Below, piece after piece: positions 54,051 to 64,000 of a stretch of DNA of 64,000 nucleotides; position 1 is the stretch's first letter, and each line of letters starts with the position of its first letter. Both the position numbers and the translations under genes were made by a program. The notes beneath the pieces are model-generated. The model was given only the letters and a program-made list of their open reading frames with translations, ran no database searches and was not told the DNA's origin. Source of the stretch: Auanema rhodensis (taxonomy: Eukaryota > Animalia > Nematoda). The stretch is from assembly GCA_964057225.1 (NCBI GenBank), contig OZ059897.1, positions 1,922,001-1,986,000 on the forward strand, in the 5' to 3' direction.

Positions 54051-57000
54051 ATAACATTGTCCATCGTTTTTGCCTTGAGAAAAGAAATCTAAAAACTCCT
54101 ACTTTTTGTGAAATTATTTAGAAATTTTTCGGGAAAATTTTTGTCACAATGTTTTTGGAAGCAATGTTGAGTGTACATGGGAACTCAACATACACTAATG
54201 CATTATTTTTCAAACGATCATAACTAATTTTTGTATAGAGCGTTTGTCAATGTAGTATAGTGCATTCGATGCGGATTTTTAAGCTGCGTTGATCTGTGTT
54301 ATCAGATTTGAGTTAACTTAAAAATGCACCGAGATATCAACTGATATATGTTCACACTTATATCCTCGATTTTCACCCTGAAGAAATGATTTTTTCGTCG
54401 AAAAACATTGTCCATCGTCTTTGCCTTGAAAAAAAGAATCTAAAAACATTTACTTTTTGTGAAATTATTTAGAAATTTTTCGTTAAAATTTTTGTCAAAA
54501 TGTTTTTGGAAGCAATGTTGAGTGTACATGGGAACTCAACATACACTAATGCATTATTTTTCAAACGATCATAACTTATTTTTGTATAGAGCGTTTCTCA
54601 ATGTAGTATAGTGCAATCGATGCGGATTTTTAAGCTGCGTCGATCTGTGTTATCAGATTTGAGCTAGCTTAAAAATTCACCGAGATATCAACTGATATAT
54701 GTTCACACTTATATCCTCGATTTTCACCCTGAAGAAATGATTTTTTCGTTGAATAACATTGTCCATCGTCTTTGTCTTGAAAAAAGGAATCTAAAAACAT
54801 CTACTTTTTGTGAAATTATTTAGAAATTTTTCGGGAAAATTTTTGTCAAAATGTTTTTGGAAGCAATGTTGAGTGTACATGGAAACTCAACATACACTAA
54901 TGCATCATTTTTCAAACGATCATAACTAATTTTTGTATTAAGCGTTTCTCAATGTAGTATAGTGCATTCGATGCGGATTTTTAAGCTGCGTCGATCTGTG
55001 TTATCAGATTTGAGCTAGCTTAAAAATTCACCGAGATATCAACTGATATATGTTCACACTTATATCCTCGATTTTCACCCTGAAGAAATGATGTTTTCGT
55101 TGAAAAACATTGTCCATCGTATTCGTCTTGAAAAAAGGAATCTAAAAACATCTACTTTTTGTGAAATTATTTAGAAATTTTTCGGGAAAATTTTTGTCAA
55201 AATGTTTTTGGAAGCAATGTTGAGTGTACATGGGAACTCAACATACACTAATGCATTATTTTTCAAACGATCATAACTAATTTTTGTATAGAGCGTTTGT
55301 CAATGTAGTATAGTGCATTCGATGCGGATTTTTAAGCTGCGTTGATCTGTGTTATCAGATTTGAGTTAACTTAAAAATGCACCGAGATATCAACTGATAT
55401 ATGTCCACACTTATATCCTTGATTTTCACCCTGAAGAAATGATTTTTTCGTTGAAAAACATTGTCCATCGTCTTTGCCTTGAAAAAAGGAATCTAAAAAC
55501 ATTTACTTTTTGTGAAATTATTTAGAAATTTTTCGGGAAAATTTTTGTCAAAATGTTTTTGGAAGCAATGTTGAGTGTACATGGGAACTCAACATACACT
55601 AATGCATTATTTTTCAAACGATCATAACTTATTTTTGTATAGAGCGTTTCTCAATGTAGTATAGTGCATTCGATGCGGATTTTTAAGCTGCGTTGATCTG
55701 TGTTATCAGATTTGAGTTAGCTTAAAAATGCACCGAGATATCAACTGATATATGTTCACACTTATATCCTCGATTTTCACCCTGAAGAAATGATTTTTTC
55801 GTCGAAAAACATTGTCCATCGTCTTTGCCTTGAAAAAAAGAATCTAAAAACATTTACTTTTTGTGAAATTATTTAGAAATTTTTCGGGAAAATTTTTGTC
55901 AAAATGTTTTTGGAAGCAATGTTGAGTGTACATGGGAACTCAACATACACTAATGCATTATTTTTCAAACGATCATAACTTATTTTTGTATAGAGCGTTT
56001 CTCAATGTAGTATAGTGCATTCGATGCGGATTTTTAAGCTGCGTTGATCTGTGTTATCAGATTTGAGTTAACTTAAAAATGCACCGAGATATCAACTGAT
56101 ATATGTCCACACTTATATCCTTGATTTTCACCCTGAAGAAATGATTTTTTCGTTGAAAAACATTGTCCATCGTCTTTGCCTTGAAAAAAGGAATCTAAAA
56201 ACATTTACTTTTTGTGAAATTATTTAGAAATTTTTCGGGAAAATTTTTGTCAAAATGTTTTTGGAAGCAATGTTGAGTGTACATGGGAACTCAACATACA
56301 CTAATGCATTATTTTTCAAACGATCATAACTTATTTTTGTATAGAGCGTTTCTCAATGTAGTATAGTGCATTCGATGCGGATTTCTAAGCTGCGTCGATC
56401 TGTGTTATCAGATTTGAGTTAGCTTAAAAATGCACCGAGATATCAACTGATATATGTTCACACTTATATCCTCGATTTTCACCCTGAAGAAATGATTTTT
56501 TCGTCGAAAAACATTGTCCATCGTCTTTGCCTTGAAAAAAAGAATCTAAAAACATTTACTTTTTGTGAAATTATTTAGAAATTTTTCGGGAAAATTTTTG
56601 TCAAAATGTTTTTGGAAGCAATGTTGAGTGTACATGGGAACTCAACATACACTAATGCATTATTTTTCAAACGATCATAACTTATTTTTGTATAGAGCGT
56701 TTCTCAATGTAGTATAGTGCATTCGATGCGGATTTTTAAGCTGCGTCGATCTGTGTTATCAGATTTGAGCTAGCTTAAAAATTCACCGAGATATCAACTG
56801 ATATATGGTCACACTTATATCCTCGATTTTCACCCTGAAGAAATGATTTTTTCGTTGAATAACATTGTCCATCGTCTTTGTCTTGAAAAAAGGAATCTAA
56901 AAACATCTACTTTTTGTGAAATTATTTAGAAATTTTTCGGGAAAATTTTTGTCAAAATGTTTTTGGAAGCAATGTTGAGTGTACATGGAAACTCAACATA

Positions 57001-59499
57001 CACTAATGCATCATTTTTCAAACGATCATAACTAATTTTTGTATTAAGCGTTTCTCAATGTAGTATAGTGCATTCGATGCGGATTTTTAAGCTGCGTCGA
57101 TCTGTGTTATCAGATTTGAGCTAGCTTAAAAATTCACCGAGATATCAACTGATATATGTTCACACTTATATCCTCGATTTTCACCCTGAAGAAATGATTT
57201 TTTCGTTGAAAAACATTGTCCATCGTCTTTGCCTTGAAAAAAGGAATCTAAAAACATTTACTTTTTGTGAAATTATTTAGAAATTTTTCGGGAAAATTTT
57301 TGTCAAAATGTTTTTGGAAGCAATGTTGAGTGTACATGGGAACTCAACATACACTAATGCATTATTTTTCAAACGATCATAACTTATTTTTGTATAGAGC
57401 GTTTCTCAATGTAGTAAAGTGCATTCGATGCGGATTTTTAAGCTGCGTTGATCTGTGTTATCAGATTTGAGTTAGCTTAAAAATGCACCGAGATATCAAC
57501 TGATATATGTTCACACTTATATCCTCGATTTTCACCCTGAAGAAATGATTTTTTCGTTGAAAAACATTGTCCATCATCTTTGCCTTGAAAAAAGGAATCT
57601 GAAAACATCTACTTTTTGTGAAATTATTTAGAAATTTTTCGGGAAAATTTTTGTCAAAATGTTTTTGGAAGCAATGTTGAGTGTACATGGGAACTCAACA
57701 TACACTAATGCATTATTTTTCAAACGATCATAACTTATTTTTGTATAGAGCGTTTCTCAATGTAGTATAGTGCATTCGATGCGGATTTTTAAGCTGTGTC
57801 GATCTGTGTTATCAGATTTGAGTTAGCTTAAAAATGCACCGAGATATCAACTGATATATGTTCACACTTATATCCTCGATTTTCATCCTGAAGAAATGAT
57901 TTTTTCGTTGAAAAACATTGTCCATCGTCTTTGCCTTGAAAAAAGGAATCTAAAAACATTTACTTTTTGTGAAATTATTTAGAAATTTTTCGGGAAAATT
58001 TTTGTCAAAATGTTTTTGGAAGCAATGTTGAGTGTACATGGGAACTCAACATACACTAATGCATTATTTTTCAAACGATCATAACTTATTTTTGTATAGA
58101 GCGTTTCTCAATGTAGTATAGTGCATTCGATGCGGATTTTTAAGCTGTGTCGATCTGTGTTATCAGATTTGAGTTAGCTTAAAAATGCACCGAGATATCA
58201 ACTGATATATGTTCACACTTATATCCTCGATTTTCATCCTGAAGAAATGATTTTTTCGTTGAAAAACATTGTCCATCGTCTTTGCCTTGAAAAAAGGAAT
58301 CTAAAAACATTTACTTTTTGTGAAATTATTTAGAAATTTTTCGGGAAAATTTTTGTCAAAATGTTTTTGGAAGCAATGTTGAGTGTACATGGGAACTCAA
58401 CATACACTAATGCATTATTTTTCAAACGATCATAACTTATTTTTGTATAGAGCGTTTCTCAATGTAGTATAGTGCATTCGATGCGGATTTTTAAGCTGCG
58501 TCGATCTGTGTTATCAGATTTGAGCTAGCTTAAAAATGCACCGAGATATCAACTGATATATGTTCACACTTATATCCTCGATTTTCATCCTGAAGAAATG
58601 ATTTTTTCGTTGAAAAACATTGTCCATCGTCTTTGCCTTGAAAAAAGGAATCTAAAAACATTTACTTTTTGTGAAATTATTTAGAAATTTTTCGGGAAAA
58701 TTTTTGTCAAAATGTTTTTGGAAGCAATGTTGAGTGTACATGGGAACTCAACATACACTAATGCATTATTTTTCAAACGATCATAACTTATTTTTGTATA
58801 GAGCGTTTCTCAATGTAGTATAGTGCATTCGATGCGGATTTTTAAGCTGTGTCGATCTGTGTTATCAGATTTGAGTTAGCTTAAAAATGCACCGAGATAT
58901 CAACTGATATATGTTCACACTTATATCCTCGATTTTCATCCTGAAGAAATGATTTTTTCGTTGAAAAACATTGTCCATCGTCTTTGCCTTGAAAAAAGGA
59001 ATCTAAAAACATTTACTTTTTGTGAAATTATTTAGAAATTTTTCGGGAAAATTTTTGTCAAAATGTTTTTGGAAGCAATGTTGAGTGTACATGGGAACTC
59101 AACATACACTAATGCATTATTTTTCAAACGATCATAACTTATTTTTGTATAGAGCGTTTCTCAATGTAGTATAGTGCATTCGATGCGGATTTTTAAGCTG
59201 CGTCGATCTGTGTTATCAGATTTGAGCTAGCTTAAAAATGCACCGAGATATCAACTGATATATGTTCACACTTATATCCTCGATTTTCATCCTGAAGAAA
59301 TGATTTTTTCGTTGAAAAACATTGTCCATCGTCTTTGCCTTGAAAAAAGGAATCTAAAAACATTTACTTTTTGTGAAATTATTTAGAAATTTTTCGGGAA
59401 AATTTTTGTCAAAATGTTTTTGGAAGCAATGTTGAGTGTACATGGGAACTCACCATACACTAATGCATTATTTTTCAAACGATCATAACTTATTTTTGT

Positions 59500-61650
59500 A
59501 TAGAGCGTTTCTCAATGTAGTATAGTGCATTCGATGCGGATTTTTAAGCTGCGTCGATCTGTGTTATCAGATTTGAGCTAGCTTAAAAATTCACCGAGAT
59601 ATCAACTGATATATGGTCACACTTATATCCTCGATTTTCACCCTGAAGAAATGATTTTTTCGTTGAATAACATTGTCCATCGTCTTTGTCTTGAAAAAAG
59701 GAATCTAAAAACATCTACTTTTTGTGAAATTATTTAGAAATTTTTCGGGAAAATTTTTGTCAAAATGTTTTTGGAAGCAATGTTGAGTGTACATAGGAAC
59801 TCAACATACACTAATGCATTATTTTTCAAACGATCATAACTAATTTTTGTATTAAGCGTTTCTCAATCTAGTATAGTGCATTCGATGCGGATTTTTAAGC
59901 TGCGTCGATCTGTGTTATCAGATTTGAGCTAGCTTAAAAATTCACCGAGATATCAACTGATATATGTTCACACTTATATCCTCGATTTTCACCCTGAAGA
60001 AATGATTTTTTCGTTGAAAAACATTGTCCATCGTCTTTGCCTTGAAAAAAGGAATCTAAAAACATTTACTTTTTGTGAAATTATTTAGAAATTTTTCGGG
60101 AAAATTTTTGTCAAAATGTTTTTGGAAGCAATGTTGAGTGTACATGGGAACTCAACATACACTAATGCATTATTTTTCAAACGATCATAACTTATTTTTG
60201 TATAGAGCGTTTCTCAATGTAGTATAGTGCATTCGATGCGGATTTTTAAGCTGCGTTGATCTGTGTTATCAGATTTGAGTTAGCTTAAAAATGCACCGAG
60301 ATATCAACTGATATATGTTCACACTTATATCCTCGATTTTCACCCTGAAGAAATGATTTTTTCGTTGAAAAACATTGTCCATCATCTTTGCCTTGAAAAA
60401 AGGAATCTGAAAACATCTACTTTTTGTGAAATTATTTAGAAATTTTTCGGGAAAATTTTTGTCAAAATGTTTTTGGAAGCAATGTTGAGTGTACATGGGA
60501 ACTCAACATACACTAATGCATTATTTTTCAAACGATCATAACTTATTTTTGTATAGAGCGTTTCTCAATGTAGTATAGTGCATTCGATGCGGATTTTTAA
60601 GCTGCGTCGATCTGTGTTATCAGATTTGAGCTAGCTTAAAAATTCACCGAGATATCAACTGATATATGGTCACACTTATATCCTCGATTTTCACCCTGAA
60701 GAAATGATTTTTTCGTTGAATAACATTGTCCATCGTCTTTGTCTTGAAAAAAGGAATCTAAAAACATCTACTTTTTGTGAAATTATTTAGAAATTTTTCG
60801 GGAAAATTTTTGTCAAAATGTTTTTGGAAGCAATGTTGAGTGTACATAGGAACTCAACATACACTAATGCATTATTTTTCAAACGATCATAACTAATTTT
60901 TGTATTAAGCGTTTCTCAATGTAGTATAGTGCATTCGATGCGGATTTTTAAGCTGCGTCGATCTGTGTTATCAGATTTGAGCTAGCTTAAAAATTCACCG
61001 AGATATCAACTGATATATGTTCACACTTATATCCTCGATTTTCACCCTGAAGAAATGATTTTTTCGTTGAAAAACATTGTCCATCGTCTTTGCCTTGAAA
61101 AAAGGAATCTAAAAACATTTACTTTTTGTGAAATTATTTAGAAATTTTTCGGGAAAATTTTTGTCAAAATGTTTTTGGAAGCAATGTTGAGTGTACATGG
61201 GAACTCAACATACACTAATGCATTATTTTTCAAACGATCATAACTTATTTTTGTATAGAGCGTTTCTCAATGTAGTATAGTGCATTCGATGCGGATTTTT
61301 AAGCTGCGTTGATCTGTGTTATCAGATTTGAGTTAGCTTAAAAATGCACCGAGATATCAACTGATATATGTTCACACTTATATCCTCGATTTTCACCCTG
61401 AAGAAATGATTTTTTCGTTGAAAAACATTGTCCATCATCTTTGCCTTGAAAAAAGGAATCTGAAAACATCTACTTTTTGTGAAATTATTTAGAAATTTTT
61501 CGGGAAAATTTTTGTCAAAATGTTTTTGGAAGCAATGTTGAGTGTACATGGGAACTCAACATACACTAATGCATTATTTTTCAAACGATCATAACTTATT
61601 TTTGTATAGAGCGTTTCTCAATGTAGTATAGTGCATTCGATGCGGATTTT
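59500..61650 (-). repeat. 3-monomer higher-order repeat x2 in the inverted arm
   Basis: TACATAGG at about 59790/60843, ATATGGTC and GTATTAAG at 1053-bp spacing, and ORFs at 60269/61322. Confidence 0.82.
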
Positions 61651-64000
61651 TAAGCTGTGTCGATCTGTGTTATCAGATTTGAGTTAGCTTAAAAATGCAC
61701 CGAGATATCAACTGATATATGTTCACACTTATATCCTCGATTTTCATCCTGAAGAAATGATTTTTTCGTTGAAAAACATTGTCCATCGTCTTTGCCTTGA
61801 AAAAAGGAATCTAAAAACATTTACTTTTTGTGAAATTATTTAGAAATTTTTCGGGAAAATTTTTGTCAAAATGTTTTTGGAAGCAATGTTGAGTGTACAT
61901 GGGAACTCAACATACACTAATGCATTATTTTTCAAACGATCATAACTTATTTTTGTATAGAGCGTTTCTCAATGTAGTATAGTGCATTCGATGCGGATTT
62001 TTAAGCTGTGTCGATCTGTGTTATCAGATTTGAGTTAGCTTAAAAATGCACCGAGATATCAACTGATATATGTTCACACTTATATCCTCGATTTTCATCC
62101 TGAAGAAATGATTTTTTCGTTGAAAAACATTGTCCATCGTCTTTGCCTTGAAAAAAGGAATCTAAAAACATTTACTTTTTGTGAAATTATTTAGAAATTT
62201 TTCGGGAAAATTTTTGTCAAAATGTTTTTGGAAGCAATGTTGAGTGTACATGGGAACTCAACATACACTAATGCATTATTTTTCAAACGATCATAACTTA
62301 TTTTTGTATAGAGCGTTTCTCAATGTAGTATAGTGCATTCGATGCGGATTTTTAAGCTGCGTCGATCTGTGTTATCAGATTTGAGCTAGCTTAAAAATGC
62401 ACCGAGATATCAACTGATATATGTTCACACTTATATCCTCGATTTTCATCCTGAAGAAATGATTTTTTCGTTGAAAAACATTGTCCATCGTCTTTGCCTT
62501 GAAAAAAGGAATCTAAAAACATTTACTTTTTGTGAAATTATTTAGAAATTTTTCGGGAAAATTTTTGTCAAAATGTTTTTGGAAGCAATGTTGAGTGTAC
62601 ATGGGAACTCAACATACACTAATGCATTATTTTTCAAACGATCATAACTTATTTTTGTATAGAGCGTTTCTCAATGTAGTATAGTGCATTCGTTGCGGAT
62701 TTTTAAGCTGCGTCGATCTGTGTTATCAGATTTGAGCTAGCTTAAAAATTCACCGAGATATCAACTGATATATGTTCACACTTATATCCTCGATTTTCAC
62801 CCTGAAGAAATGATTTTTTCGTTGAAAAACATTGTCCATCATCTTTGCCTTGAAAAAAGGAATCTAAAAACATCTACTTTTTGTGAAATTATTTAGAAAT
62901 TTTTCGGGAAAATTTTTGTCAAAATGTTTTTGGAAGCAATGTTGAGTGTACATAGGAACTCAACATACACTAATGCATTATTTTTCAAACGATCATAACT
63001 TATTTTTGTATAGAGCGTTTCTCAATGTAGTATAGTGCATTCGATGCGGATTTCTAAGCTGCGTCGATCTGTGTTATCAGATTTGAGTTAGCTTAAAAAT
63101 GCACCGAGATATCAACTGATATATGTTCACACTTATATCCTCGATTTTCACCCTGAAGAAATGATTTTTTCGTCGAAAAACATTGTCCATCGTCTTTGCC
63201 TTGAAAAAAAGAATCTAAAAACATTTACTTTTTGTGAAATTATTTAGAAATTTTTCGGGAAAATTTTTGTCAAAATGTTTTTGGAAGCAATGTTGAGTGT
63301 ACATGGGAACTCAACATACACTAATGCATTATTTTTCAAACGATCATAACTTATTTTTGTATAGAGCGTTTCTCAATGTAGTATAGTGCATTCGATGCGG
63401 ATTTTTAAGCTGCGTCGATCTGTGTTATCAGATTTGAGTTAGCTTAAAAATGCACCGAGATATCAACTGATATATGTTTACACTTATATCCTCGATTTTC
63501 ATCCTGAAGAAATGATTTTTTCGTTGAAAAACATTGTCCATTGTCTTTGCCTTGAAAAAAGGAATCTGAAAACATCTACTTTTTGTGAAATTATTTAGAA
63601 ATTTTTCGGGAAAATTTTTGTCAAAATGTTTTTGGAAGCAATGTTGAGTGTACATAGGAACTCAACATACACTAATGCATTATTTTTCAAACGATCATAA
63701 CTAATTTTTGTATAGAGCGTTTCTCAATGTAGTATAGTGCATTCGATGCGGATTTTTAAGCTGTGTCGATCTGTGTTATCAGATTTGAGTTAGCTTAAAA
63801 ATGCACCGAGATATCAACTGATATATGTTCACACTTATATCCTCGATTTTCATCCTGAAGAAATGATTTTTTCGTTGAAAAACATTGTCCATCGTCTTTG
63901 CCTTGAAAAAAGGAATCTAAAAACATTTACTTTTTGTGAAATTATTTAGAAATTTTTCGGGAAAATTTTTGTCAAAATGTTTTTGGAAGCAATGTTGAGT

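Larger units (their letters stand above)
52298..64000 (-). repeat. Same 351-bp satellite in inverted orientation, about 33 copies (runs off the window end)
   Basis: The sequence is the reverse complement of the monomer (e.g. ATCTGTGTTATCAGATTTGA). GCTTAAAAAT at 52561, 59581 and 63091 keeps exact 351-bp register. The 62-aa repeat ORF switches from the - strand to the + strand here. Confidence 0.99.

Noticed and set aside
11095-63655. 79-aa (MFLDSFFQDE...) and 75-aa (MYTQHCFQKH...) ORFs
   Set aside because: Both depend on chance stop-removing variants. The same frames are closed in most copies.
1-64000. CRISPR array or other repeat-spacer system
   Set aside because: There are no unique spacers; the entire 351 bp is repeated. 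No cas or other genes are present.

Overview
The whole 64-kb window is one AT-rich satellite DNA array (about 33% GC by hand count of monomer 1) built from a 351-bp monomer, about 182 copies. It looks like eukaryotic centromeric or pericentromeric heterochromatin; I do not recognise the family or organism. I found no genes, RNA genes, transposons or CRISPR arrays, and every ORF in the track is a by-product of stop-removing SNPs in the repeat. About 149 monomers run in one orientation (1-52288) and about 33 run inverted (52298-64000). They meet at a single tail-to-tail junction, making a giant imperfect palindrome with a 91-bp asymmetric spacer. The junction carries a 9-bp apparently templated filler, a cluster of private substitutions, and a break inside the monomer's own 67-bp quasi-palindrome. 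Shared SNPs reveal nested higher-order repeats and duplications at offsets of 2, 3, 4, 6, 11, 14, 19, 37 and 45 monomers. The inverted monomers nearest the junction are related to forward monomers 8-10 kb upstream rather than to their neighbours, and a different subfamily takes over about 2 kb past the junction. All SNP comparisons were made by eye, so block boundaries are approximate.
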